Shown here in pieces: positions 26,669 through 37,940 of a stretch of DNA of 64,000 nucleotides; positions within the stretch are counted from its first letter, which is position 1, and each line of letters starts with the position of its first letter. Made by a program: the position numbers and the translations under genes. Below the pieces are notes generated by a model. It was not told the DNA's origin. It searched no databases and worked only from the letters and a program-made list of their open reading frames with translations. The stretch is taken from assembly GCF_902713615.1 (NCBI RefSeq), contig NC_052154.1, forward strand, positions 81,013,072 to 81,077,071, written 5' to 3'. This stretch comes from Scyliorhinus canicula (taxonomy: Eukaryota).

Positions 26669-27434
26669 CTGCAAGATTAATATAATTTTCACCTGTGAAG
26701 AATGCCATGGGCAGTGAGAAACGTAAGAGATTCGGATTTTCGTTTTAATAGTTTTGCTTGAGGAATTAAAATGTTTGCTGATGGAAATGTATTTGGCGCC
26801 GTATAAAAGTAAAATTGGTGTTGGGACGTGGCAGGCGGTCGTCATACGTCATATTTGTTGACGGGGGAAAACATACTGATGGAAAGACAGTCAGGCGGAG
26901 GGTAGACCAACTATGTTTCGCAATGGCCAATTTTACACTGTTTCTCCATTAGATTACATTCCGTTTCACTCTGTTTCAGCGAAGCTGGCCATCGTCTCGA
27001 CATCCCTTTGCATTGCGGAACGGTAACAGCTTATAATGGAAAATTAAATATTCAATGTCAGTTTTAAGGAATTAAATCAATCAGCTCACCAGTCACTTCT
27101 TTTTCAAAAGGTTTCCCCTGTTAGACATGTCCAGGCATGTTGGCTTACTTTGAATAATGTGATGGTGAAATGTATCCTACAATGCCTTTGTTTCGTCAAC
27201 GCTCTGTTCAATCCAAACCAAATGACTGCCAGTATTCCATGAAAAATAGAGATATGCACCAGTGCTCTGTATATTCAGAACAATGAATTATACCCGTTTT
27301 CCATTACGCCAGTAGTCACGATTATAGGGATGTTCACAAACAAAGAGGAACCAAGGGAATTTGATCACATTCAAAGTTTAAGAGTAAGGATATTCAGCAC
27401 CCATGTCCGAGAGATGTTCCGAGTTTAAAGTTTA

Positions 27435-27606
27435 GGGGCTGGTTTAGCTCACTGAGCTAAATCGTTGGCTTTTAAAGCAGACCAAGCAGGCCAGCAGCAC
27501 GGATCGATTCCCGTACCAGGCGCCGGAATGTGGCGACTAGGGGCTTTTCACAGTAACTTCATTGAAGCCTACTCGTGACAATAAGTCATTTTCATTTTCA
27601 TTTCAT
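27435..27606 (+). mobile_element. Short tRNA-derived SINE
   Basis: ggggctggtttagc head and cattttcatttc tail. Confidence 0.8.
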
Positions 27607-28115
27607 AAAGTAATCTAATTGCTTTTTCAATGTTGTGGCGCTAAATCAGTTGGTATTTGGGTAAAGACGGGAAAGTGACAGATTACGAAAGTAGTCAGAT
27701 TGAAGAGTGAATGGTGGTGAATAAAACTAACCTAATCACAATTTTAAAAGTTGCATCAATCTCGGCATTGCTATAAAACGAAATAGGAAACAACACCTTG
27801 CGGGGTGCACAAAGCAGCCGATCATATACCGCCAGTTTTACGCCACTGGGATCTTGAATGTGCCGTCCATTTGAAATGTTGTCACATTTCTCGAGAACCT
27901 GGTAGATTAGAAAACCGGAAATCCAAGCGCTCTGGAGATAAAAATTATGCTGCGCTATTTTTAATATTGGTGGGTTTTCACCATACTTCGTATACGCTTA
28001 ATTCCTCCTGTTTGTTGATCCAGTTTTCCAACACGTTCTGTTTCGGTTAGGAAAGGAGGAAATATAATCCTGCCTAGAAATAAAGTACTACAGTCATAGA
28101 AAAGTTACATCTTAC

Positions 28116-28644
28116 CTGGGTTACAATTGGGAACCATATAACTTGCCATGACTGGAATCTGAAGAGTCACATGAGAAACCAGGCAGATATACACAGTTCC
28201 TCCCCGGGCCGGCTGTGCATCTTCAAAATAGCTCCAAGCTTACATAGAACATAGAACAGTACAGCACAGAACAGGCCCTTAGGCCCTCAATGTTGTGCCG
28301 AGCCATTATCACCCTACTCAAACCCACGTATCCACCCTATACCCATAACCCAACAACCCCCCCCCCCCCCCTAACCTTACTTTTATTAGGACACTACGGG
28401 CAATTTAGCATGGCCAATCCACCTAACCCGCACATCTTTGGACTGTGGGAGGAAACTTCATACATTCCGGCTCTGCTGAGTTGCTTCGTGATGTTTATTC
28501 CAGTCACAATGCTTTCATTATTTTTGTACCAAGTGATAGTCAGACCAGCCGGGTGAAATGAAGCCATTTCACACACGAGAGTCAAAGAACCAGCGACATT
28601 ACGTTCAGATACGTGAGGAACAATCTTCACTGGAGTTGGGAGAG
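28116..28644 (-). pseudogene. Receptor gene 2: C1 exon interrupted by a SINE
   Basis: Removing 28242-28452 plus one TSD gives a 312-nt in-frame exon, ALPTPVKIV..LTLVCEMASFHP..ITWYK..GMYEVWSYFEDAQP..YICLVSHVTLQIP, collinear with gene 1 C1. Confidence 0.92.
28242..28452 (-). mobile_element. 5'-truncated HE1-type SINE inside the C1 exon
   Basis: ttctatgttctatgt tail and a 6-bp TSD AAGTTT/AAGCTT (28453-28458 and 28236-28241). Confidence 0.9.
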
Positions 28645-29578
28645 CTGGTGGAAGGTCGAGAAGAAAGTTAATATGTCGCCCATTCTGGAACAGAGTAACA
28701 TTCAATTCTATGGTGGCTCCTTCCCAGTGAAGGGTTATGATTATTTTGGATCTGCTACAACATACAAAAAACACCATCCACCTGTTTGTTAATGGTTAAA
28801 TAAACAACAATACGAATCAACCACTCTATATGTTATACTATACTGCACAGCTGAATGCAGCTCGGCCTAACGTGTCTGTGACACGTATGCCCGAATTCTA
28901 AGGGATCAGACACTAGTTTATGGTTTGTATTTTCTGTTCTTCAATCAATAGCTTTGGTCAGATCCTGAGTGACTAACGCAAGAACTTGAATCGCTTGAAA
29001 TTCTTTCAAACCGATAATGTCATCAATAAAGAACTGAAATGTACTGAAATTGTCTGGGTTGTCCAAACTCTAATCACTGGCGTTCTTAATTTTCAAATAT
29101 AACTGTCTCCCAGATGCTAAAGTAACCTGTGAAATGTAACTTTCGCCTGTTGCTAAATCCCCAAAGACCTACGGAATTCATTCCACGCCCCCGATCCTCG
29201 CCCGAGCTCTGCAAATGTTTCCCGATCAGGAACGATCAAATTCGGTTTGAAGTTGCCTTTGAAGTTGTTTTCCATCCAAAATAGTGCGGTGCAGATCTTA
29301 AGAATGATCAGGTGTGATTATTACTTTCCCTGTTTGATATCCGAGCATCCTGTTTAGGTGGATGAATTGGCGAACATGATGAAACATTTGGGTGCCTATG
29401 TCGTGAAGGAAAAATGCATTTGCGAAAACATTTTATATGTCCCTCATTCGCGATCTGACACCGTTTGCAAAACGCAAATGTTAAAGGAACACCCAAGGGA
29501 GTGGGAAAAGTATATTCTTTATTACTTATTTGAATAACCTCTTTACTATACAACTTACTCTCTTTATACAGTTCTTAC

Positions 29579-29821
29579 CACTGACGATGAGCGTTGATCC
29601 ACTTCCATTTGCGGCCCTGTTTCCCTGTGTCACTCCGCAGTGTCACTGAACACTGATATTCAGGAGTTTGAAGGAGGCTCTTCCGTTCCCAGTGACAAAT
29701 CGTTTCCTGCTCTCTGATGCAGGGTGTATCACTTGCTTTTCGCCAAGCTTCCACCAATAATCGTCCGCATCTGAATCGTCTTGGAAACTAAGAAATGTGC
29801 AGTCGAATGCAATATTCGTAC
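29579..29821 (-). pseudogene. Receptor gene 2: 3' part of the VJ exon, with an in-frame stop
   Basis: TNIAFDCTF..YWWKLG..RKRF..FKLLNISVQ*HCGVTQGNRAANGSGSTLIVS, donor G/gtaag. The DxGxY motif is replaced by TGA (about 4 codons lost). Confidence 0.92.
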
Positions 29822-30519
29822 TGTAGAAGTGGATTTCATTTGGAACTTCGCTGATAGGGTTAATATAACAGTTCTGAAAAGCTCTGTGAAAGAGATGTCA
29901 ACAGGTCAAGGGATGAAATAAAGGGAGTGTGTCTGACCGGCATCTGTAAAAGCAAAGATGTCAGAAGGTTATGGGATGGAATATAGGGAGTGTGGCATTG
30001 GTACTAATTAATGTTCTGACCCGTATCTGTAAAAGCAGAGAGGTCAAAAAGGCAAAGAATGGAATGAATGGGAACCGTTACTTTATTGCAGAGATAACAT
30101 AATTAAGCTCGTTTGACCAGTTGAAACAAATAAACATTGAAATGTAAAAGGAAGGGCCTTGGAATGAGATAAGCCAGATGGCCATGGGATACAAAAACCT
30201 TTGTATTAATATTGATAGTGACTTGTGCTAATGATTATGTCAAAAATAACCTCCCGACCTCAAAGAATAATTCCATATATGTACATATTCTGGATCCTTG
30301 CCAAATCATAGGTGTATCTAGGAATTTAAAGGGACCTCCCCTAAGCTGCAAGATGTATAAAGATACCGTCCTTATTCTGGGATTTTGGCACTTCTCGAAG
30401 GTGGTTACCCGACTGCTTAGAGATTTGTCCCGGCCGTAAATAAACGAAAATTCGTTACTGACGTGTTCGAGTGTTTTACTTCTGGACTGACGATCAGATA
30501 CGTGAAAGCGCAATTCACA
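29822..30519 (+). repeat. ERV-A 5' LTR
   Basis: TGTAGA...TCACA, TATAAA at 30356, AATAAA at 30439. Four substitutions versus the 3' LTR counted by eye. Confidence 0.97.
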
Positions 30520-30521
30520 TT

Positions 30522-30539
30522 TGGTGGCCCGTACGGGGA
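30522..30539 (+). promoter_or_regulatory. ERV-A primer-binding site, tRNA-Ile(AAU)
   Basis: TGGTGGCCCGTACGGGGA is complementary to the vertebrate tRNA-Ile(AAU) 3' end TCCCCGTACGGGCCACCA. Confidence 0.9.
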
Positions 30540-30780
30540 TCTCCAGAGGGGTCTGCGCAACTAACCGGCGTAATTGACTGAGCTCGTTCAAAGTAGAGGA
30601 CGAATTTGGCCCCCAACGTGAGTAAAAATTTGTTTTCCACCTTGGTATTCGCCTACTACCAGTTTGATCGTTGCTCAGCCTTGCCGTTGGTTTGTCGAGA
30701 AGCCTCTGCGAGATCCAGGTCAGTCCAGCGAACCCGTTTTAAAGAGGGTAAGTGAGTGAACCCTGTGGTTATCGTCTCTA

Positions 30781-31190
30781 GGGGCAGCCTGGGACTGCCG
30801 CTGTGATTCCAGGCAGCGTTCGCTGGAGTTACGGGCGGGGTTGCCAGGACTGCTGGGGGCAGCCTGAGGAGCCGCCGTGATTCCAGTCAGCGTTCGCTGG
30901 AGTTACGGGCGGGGTTCTCAGGATTGCTAGGGGACGGTTAACGGGCTGTGGGCAGCCTGGGACTGCCGCCGTGATTCCAGGCAGCGTTCGCTGGAGTTAC
31001 GGGCGGGGTTGCCAGGACTGCTAGAGGCAGCCTGAGGAGCCGCTGTGATTCCAGGCAGCGTTCGCTGGAGTTACGGGCGGGGTTCTCAGGACTGCTAGGG
31101 GACGATTCCGGGCTGTGGGCTCCGGACGGGACTGCCGCCGTGATTCCAGGCAGCGTTCTCTGGAAGTTACGGGCGGGGTTCTCGGAGCCT
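30781..31190 (+). repeat. GC-rich tandem repeat in the ERV-A leader (5 units, about 70-95 bp)
   Basis: The core gtgattccaggcagcgttcgctggagttacgggcggggtt is repeated five times. Confidence 0.9.
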
Positions 31191-31377
31191 ATCCCCCGGT
31201 ATAACCCATACCTTCACCGAAGAATTTTACCTACTTACCCCTTAATAGCATTGGTGTCCTGGGTCCTGTGTTATTAAGGAAGTGAAGTAAGCTAATAACC
31301 ACTTAAAATCTGGTCTTCTTGAGTTGTATTAGCTGTTTAAACTCGGCTGCTTTCCTTGTCTTTCTCCAGCAGGCTGC

Positions 31378-31410
<33 letters not shown>

Positions 31411-32226
31411 GTTGCTGTTGCAGAGTGCTGCTACTTCTGCTCCCTGGGTTTATATTCTCTTTCGAAGAGTTATTAAGTTTTAACGACTGTATTGTATATG
31501 GGCTTGTTTCACTTTGATAGTTTAAAAGTATCTTTGATGTAAACATCTTACTACAACTAATTATTCATTTCAGGCATATCATCTCCTCTCAGATTTGATT
31601 TAAAAAATGCTTTTGTTTCAATAGTTAACTTTTATTTCTGTGATTTCAAATCGTTTAATTTTCCAATTGTCCCCAGTTCATAACTTTGCCTTTGATTTTG
31701 ACTTAAATGTTGTTTCTCGTAGCCAGGTCATCTCCAATTTTCTTTTAATTAACTTGATGTTTGTAGAATTTTACCCCTTAAATTGACACTAAATTCGACT
31801 GAGCATCTTCCATTCTTTCCAGCTGTTTACTAAGAGAGTTTATTTCAATTAAGGTGTGAAACTTTGCTCTTAGCTGTATGCTAAAATTTAACTTGGTTGT
31901 GACTTGAAAGACTTGCCTGTTTTAAACATTCGTCACTTAATGCAATTGAAACTCTCATCCATGCTTTTTCAGATGCTTTCCGAGATAGTTACATTCCATG
32001 AAGGTGTGAGCCATTGTTTTAGCTTACCACATGAAGCCTGTGTGTCTGCTGAGGCCTGCTTGTGAGCAAGTATCTGCATTTTATAACCCTGCTCTTTGCA
32101 GCTGCTATTAACCTTTTGTGGGATCTTTCCCTGTACCCTCTCAAACCAGATATTGCCAGACATTCATGTTTCAAATGACACATTTTTCTGTATTATCAAG
32201 AACCCACCGCAAAGAAATTAATTGCC

Positions 32227-32577
32227 TTGTGGAGGGAATACTGTCAGTCATTGAAAGATGCATCTATACTGGCTAGCTGGCAGGAAAATGCCTCAAAATT
32301 GGGTATTGGCCTCACAAAAGGGGGAATTGTTAAAACAGTAGAGGTCTTAAAAAGGGAATGTAAAGAATATAAGAAACGTAAGAATGCTAATCCTACCCTG
32401 GCGCCGGTCAGCAATGCGAAGCAAGGTTGGGAGGAGGGGGACGATGGGGATGAGGAACATCTGTTCAATTGCGGGGGACGTCAGAAGCCCCCACAGCCCC
32501 CACAGCCCCCACAGCCCCCACAGCCCCCACAGCCACCTCCGCCACCGCCCCTGGAATGTGATCAGTATTATGAGTAA
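32227..32577 (+). pseudogene. gag: ERV-A gag remnant (matrix-like and Pro-rich region)
   Basis: Position after the leader, basic helix and a PPQ/PPP run. Capsid, nucleocapsid, protease and RT core are absent. Confidence 0.6.
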
Positions 32578-32719
32578 CTCAGTATGTTCAGAACTACATT
32601 GGTCTCAGAATAAACAGATAAAGGATTTGTGCTGGGCAGTTTCGAAACTGCTGCGTTGAAATTGACACTGCATGGCTCCGCAGGGTCCTAGTGCCCGCTG
32701 ATCACAAACAGTCACTAGC

Positions 32720-33338
32720 AGAACCGCCTCAAGGAGGCACTCCTCCAGGCCCCTGCCCTTGGTCGACCCTTATATGATCGCCCTTTTCAGCTCTATTGCA
32801 CAGTCCTTGCCGACTGCGCCACAGCTGTCCTGACCTAACGCCACGGCGACCGCTGTCGCCCGGTTGCATACTACTCCTCTAAACTCGATCCGGTAGCCCT
32901 TGGCTATCCTATCTGTACCCAAATTCTTGCAGCTATCTACAACAGCCTGCAATCGGCTGCTAATATTACCCTCCAACAAGATGTCACTGTCTATAGTTCC
33001 CATTCTGTTACGGCCCTTTTGGGACAGCTACAGACTCAGCATCTCACGATGGCTCGTCAGAATAGATATGAGATTGCTCTCCTTAATAACCCAAAGGTCC
33101 AGTTTGCCCACTGCACCACTATCAACCCTGCTAACTTTTTGACGCATCCTCCCACAGACATGCGCGACCCAACTCATGACTGTCTGCAACTGTTGCAAGA
33201 AGTCTCCTCGGTTCGAGACGACCTCTCCGATATACCCCTCCCAAGTGCAGATTGTTCCTTTTTCACCGATGGAAGTTCTTCCGTCGGCGAAAGGGGGGAT
33301 AGACAATCTGGCTATGCAATCATCGATCAAGACGGTGA
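32720..33338 (+). pseudogene. pol: ERV-A pol remnant: connection domain and RNase H N-terminus
   Basis: LKEALLQAPALG, PVAYYSSKLDPVA, FFTDGSS. One TAA, and the RNase H core is deleted at about 33338. Confidence 0.9.
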
Positions 33339-34748
33339 TGGAAAAACAGAGGATTTCTAACCTCCGCTAGTACACCCATCTCACACCAGCAGTTAGTAAC
33401 CCAGTTATTGCAGGCCCTTATGCTCCCAGACAAGATAGCGGTGATAAAATGCGCAGCGCATACAAAAGGCACAGGACTGGTGGAAACGGGCAACAGGAGA
33501 GCGGTCGAGAAGGCAAAAGAAATTTCTAAATCTGGCAAACTAACGGTGCCTAGAATGATGAGGCAGACTAAAACCCCCTCGGGAAAGTCCCCCTCTGAAA
33601 AACCTATGCCAACCATTGCTGACATAATCCAAATGCAGGAGGACGCTCCTGCAACTGCTGTAAATATGTGGAAAAACTTAGGATGTATATATGATATCGA
33701 AAATAAGCTGTGGGTCACCCCGGTAGGACAAACATGTATGACCGATGCATTAGCAGCCTGGGTGACCGAATGTGTACACTTTGCAACTCACTGTGGAGCT
33801 CGTGCCACAGGGGACATATTGTTAAAAAGCTGGTGGCACCCACGACTGCAAGAAATGGCCCAACAAATTAGCAGTCGGTGCCTAATCTGTCAACAGCACA
33901 ACCCCGGTAAGGCCGTCCCCTGTGATCCTGGCACAACCCCCTTACCTGAGGGTCCATTTGAGACCCTACAAATGGATTACATTGAGTTGGAAAGATGTCA
34001 ATGCTATAAATATGTGTTAGTCATTGTGGACACTTTTAGCAAATGGATCGAGGCCTACCCGACTACGGATAACAAGGCCTCGACAGTAGTTAAGGTGTTA
34101 ATGCGAGAAATTGTTCCGCGATTTGGAATTCCAGCCCGGCTGAGCTCTGCCAATGGTCCCCACTTCATAGGTCAAATCAATAAGGAATTCTGTGCTCTGC
34201 TAGGAATAAAGCAACAGTTTCATTGTGCCTACAGACCACAAGCCGCTGGAGTGGTGGAAAGGGCTAATCAGACTCTAAAGACTAAACTCGCTAAACTACA
34301 AGCAGACACTGGGGCCACTTGGCTCAAACTCCTGCCTTTAGCACTCTTCCAGCTACGTGCCACCCCCGCAGGAAAAACTCGCCTAAGCCCAGCGGAAATA
34401 CTATATGGCAGACCCTTTCGAACGCCTTGGGACAGCAGTGTTCCACGGAATGTTCAATTCCATTACATGACTACCGAGATGGCTAATTATATATTAACAC
34501 TAACTAGAATTTTGAAAGGATTACACTCCCGAGTTCGTGCCACCCAGGAAGAAGTCCCCTCCATTACTCATGACGTCTCCATCAACCCTGGGGATTATGT
34601 CCTAATTCAAAATTGGACATGTAAAGGTTTGGAACCTCGATGGGAGGGTCCCCTACAGGTTCTACTCACTACCCCCACTGCAGTCAAAGTGGAGGGCCGG
34701 AACGCATGGGTACATATGCACCATTGTAAGTTAATTAAGTATCCATGA
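33339..34748 (+). pseudogene. pol: ERV-A pol remnant: RNase H C-terminus and integrase (open frame)
   Basis: KCAAH..GN, HHCC (HFATH..CLIC), QMDY, SSANG (second catalytic Asp changed to Ala), VVERAN, WEGP. Confidence 0.93.
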
Positions 34749-34792
34749 TGTTCTAAACTTTTCCTTTAAGTCCTAGGAGCACGAGTACCAGG

Positions 34793-35341
34793 ATGAAGTC
34801 CCTCTTCACCGTCACAATACTCGCCACCCTGCTCTCTCTCGCTGCATCCGGAAGAAGGAGATGCCCGTATGGAAGCCGACGTCCACCCCTGTGCCGAGAA
34901 GGAACCCCACGATGTGGAACAACAACAGGTCTCCGATGGATCACCACCCCTATCAACACCTGCCCGACCACCGTTCCTCCCGATGACCAGAAGCCCCGAT
35001 TCCTGATTACGTACATGGTTCTAATGTACGATCGCCGCACATGCAGGTGGAACCACCGGTGCATTGATAAGGACAGGGTACAAATTTTACCATCAAGGAC
35101 TACTCACCCCTACTCGCCTTCCAGAAGGAAGCGGGCAACGCACCATGTAACGGCAAATTCTTTTCTGTTTATGTCCTATGTCTATGCTAAGAAAGTGGGT
35201 GTCTCCTCTTGCTGGGTATGTACACAGGTCCCGACCCATGCCCATGGAAGCGTTCCCTTGATATCTGTTCCTTTCTCGATCGAACAGACGGCTGCATGGG
35301 TTATATTCCAGACAGTTCAGAGAATATCACGCGTCTGGTAA
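34793..35341 (+). CDS. env: ERV-A env 5' ORF: signal peptide, Cys-rich domain, RRKR furin site, NSF..CWVC SU start
   Basis: 182-aa ORF directly after integrase, truncated by an internal deletion and frameshift near 35300. Confidence 0.8.
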   Translation: MKSLFTVTILATLLSLAASGRRRCPYGSRRPPLCREGTPRCGTTTGLRWITTPINTCPTTVPPDDQKPRFLITYMVLMYDRRTCRWNHRCIDKDRVQILPSRTTHPYSPSRRKRATHHVTANSFLFMSYVYAKKVGVSSCWVCTQVPTHAHGSVPLISVPFSIEQTAAWVIFQTVQRISRVW

Positions 35342-35670
35342 CCCATATCAGAGATGGAGTACAGCGCTTGCGACTCGCCGGTCAGGCTGACTGGTGGAGC
35401 TGGATGTGGTCCAATTCTTGGGCCACTTACCTATTCCATGGGCTCATTATCTTCGTTACCATCTGTTTGTTGCTCTGTATCATAGCTACTGGTGTGAAAT
35501 GCCTATCCAACCGTTTGGGTGCCACTGCATTACCACAGATGCTTCAGAGATCCGCCCTAGACGAAAAAGAAACACTGGTTCCACCTACCCCTGACCTATA
35601 TGAGGAAGTGGCATCCTGCTGGAGCCTAGTAGAGGAGGAGTACCTCCGCCTCGCTCTCATTTCCATCTAA
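35300..35670 (+). pseudogene. env: ERV-A env TM-subunit remnant
   Basis: YIPDSSENIT, W-rich membrane-proximal region, TM LIIFVTICLLLCII. Out of frame with the 5' ORF. Confidence 0.85.
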
Positions 35671-35704
35671 AGTATCCTGAGTGTTATGTGATCAAGGAAT
35701 GATC

Positions 35705-35715
35705 AAAGGGGGGAA
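35705..35715 (+). promoter_or_regulatory. ERV-A polypurine tract
   Basis: AAAGGGGGGAA immediately precedes the 3' LTR. Confidence 0.9.
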
Positions 35716-36413
35716 TGTAGAAGTGGATTTCATTTGGAACTTCGCTGATAGGGTTAATATAACAGTTCTGAAAAGCTCTGTGAAAGAGATGTCAACAGGT
35801 CAAGGGATGAAATAAAGGGAGTGTGTCTGACCGGCATCTGTAAAAGCAAAGATGTCAGAAGGTTATGGGATGGAATATAGGGAGTGTGGCATTGGTACTA
35901 ATTAATGTTCTGACCCGTATCTGTAAAAGCAGAGAGGTCAAAAAGGCAAAGAATGGAATGAATGGGAACCGTTACTTTATTGCAGAGATAACATAATTAA
36001 GCTCGTTTGACCAGTTGAAACAAATAAACATTGAAATGTAAAAGGAAGGGCCTTGGAATGAGATAAGCCAGATGGCCATGGGATACAAAAACCTTTGTAT
36101 TAATATTGATAGTGACTTGTGCTAATGATTATGTCAAAAATAACCTCCCGACCTCGAAGAATAATTCCATATATGTACATGTTCTGGATCCTTGCCAAAT
36201 CATAGGTGTATCTAGGAATTTAAAGGGACCTCCCCTAAGCTGTAAGATGTATAAAGATACCGTCCTTATTCTGGGATTTTGGCACTTCTCGAAGGTGGTT
36301 ACCCGACTGCTTAGAGATTTGTCCCGGCCGTAAATAAACGAATATTCGTTACTGACGTGTTCGAGTGTTTTACTTCTGGACTGACGATCAGATACGTGAA
36401 AGCGCAATTCACA
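35716..36413 (+). repeat. ERV-A 3' LTR
   Basis: Direct repeat of 29822-30519. Confidence 0.97.
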
Positions 36414-36477
36414 TTACCAATGATCGAATAGATATTTTCTGGGACCTGGGTCACTTCAAGCAGAGGATGGGTAGCAA
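36414..36477 (-). pseudogene. Receptor gene 2: 5' part of the VJ exon
   Basis: Acceptor ttctcttctatag, then ATHPLLEVTQVPENIYSIIG. It joins TNIAFDC in frame once the ERV and one TSD are removed. Confidence 0.9.
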
Positions 36478-37734
36478 CTATAGAAGAGAATGAACATCAA
36501 TTATAATTATCAAACATTGAGGGCGATTTAGAGAGAGAGAATAATAAGAGGAAAGACAAAACGAAATATGGAAAATATCAATGCAGGTAATCCCTATTAA
36601 CATTACGTTCTGAAACTCAGCCCTCATCGGCATTTCAGCGACGTCACTGGCCAATTGAAATAACTAACAGGAAAGTACTTTCTTCGGGGAAATAAAGCTG
36701 TGTATAACCTGATAATAAGTGTTAGACAATGACGTATGAGGGTGCATCCCTGTGACTGGTGCCAATGGCTGAGTTTAAAGAGTGGAATGGAGGCGTATGC
36801 TTCATGTAGATTAGATGCTCATCTCCATGTTAACACAAGGCAGGATTAGAACCAAGTATCTATGGAACGATATCGTTATATTGTATAATTCGTCGTACTT
36901 TAGAATGTTTTATATACATAGGCGATTTGACACAACGTTCCAAACACAATGCCATATAAATCCTACATTTTAAGTTAATTTCCATTCAAAAATCGCAGTG
37001 TTTAGCGTTGTGGTGGAAAAGTGGAAGGTAAAAAGAAAATGAATCATGAGGAAGTGATTATTCATAGCAGCAGGGATATAGTTTGGGTCCAAGTGATTCG
37101 CAGGGCAAGCAACCACTGAGCAGGGATCAGAGAGAACATGTCTAGAATTCAACAAGCTGAAGGTGCAGTAATTAGGTAGGGTTTCTGGTTGGTACATTCT
37201 TTGCAAAGGAGGGGCATAGGCCCACGGACAGTAATATGATAGCATTAGAAATTAATGGTGTAAGGGACAGAGAGATTGGTGATGAGAACAAAAGCAATTA
37301 TTAAGTGAGAAACAATTTCTGTCGGCATGTCTAGGTGTGTGGTAAGTGTCTATCTCTCAGATCTGTGGGCATGTTCAATTCTTGCGATTTTAGACAGTAC
37401 AGGCAGTTGAGGAGAAAATTATTCCTTCGCACTAAAGTTAGTTTGGAGGTAATGAAGATCGTTAGTTGTAGTGATATTTATTACACGTGAAAACCGTTGC
37501 CACTAAAGTAGTTTTGGATTCCACAAAGAAACAGCTGTCTTTGTTTCAGTTTGTACTCTGAAAATTCAGTTGTTTAATAGCATTCATATCTATTGCAATA
37601 CTAGGTAGGGGTCAGGTTTATTATCATTGCCTCCTGAAGTAGAGCATCTTTGCTGAAAGTTATGCTCCTCTGCAGAATACATCGCATTGATACTAAAGTA
37701 ATCTAATATCTTCAGTGCTCATATATCTTACATG

Positions 37735-37940
37735 ATGTGGAGATGCCAGCATTGGACTGGGGTGGGCACAGTCAGAAGGCTTACAACACCAGGTTAAATT
37801 CCGACAGGTTTGTTTCGAATCAGTAGTTTTTGGAGAGCGGCTCCTTCATCAGGTGAGTGATGAAGGAGCTGCGCTCCAAAAGCTAGTGACTCTAAATAAA
37901 TCTTTTGGACTTTAATCTGGTGTTGTCAGACTTCATACTG
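37735..37940. mobile_element. Head-to-head inverted pair of Penelope-like 3' ends with degenerate hammerhead motifs
   Basis: Both arms match 39253-39374, and both have GAAA changed to AAAA. Confidence 0.7.

Larger units (their letters stand above)
29822..36413 (+). mobile_element. ERV-A: internally deleted class I (gamma/epsilon-like, possibly HERV-I-related) provirus
   Basis: Two 698-bp TG...CA LTRs, 4-bp TSD GTAC/TTAC, PBS, PPT and gag/pol/env remnants. Confidence 0.95.

Noticed and set aside
27435-27520. tRNA-like sequences with A/B boxes at SINE heads
   Set aside because: These are SINE 5' regions without a complete cloverleaf. They are not tRNA genes.
30781-31190. Repeat array superficially like CRISPR
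   Set aside because: The units are contiguous without unique spacers, there are no cas genes, and it lies in a vertebrate ERV leader.
36700-36800. Candidate leader exon of gene 2
   Set aside because: The phase-1 frame contains TAA and the donor is weak, so it cannot be assigned with confidence.
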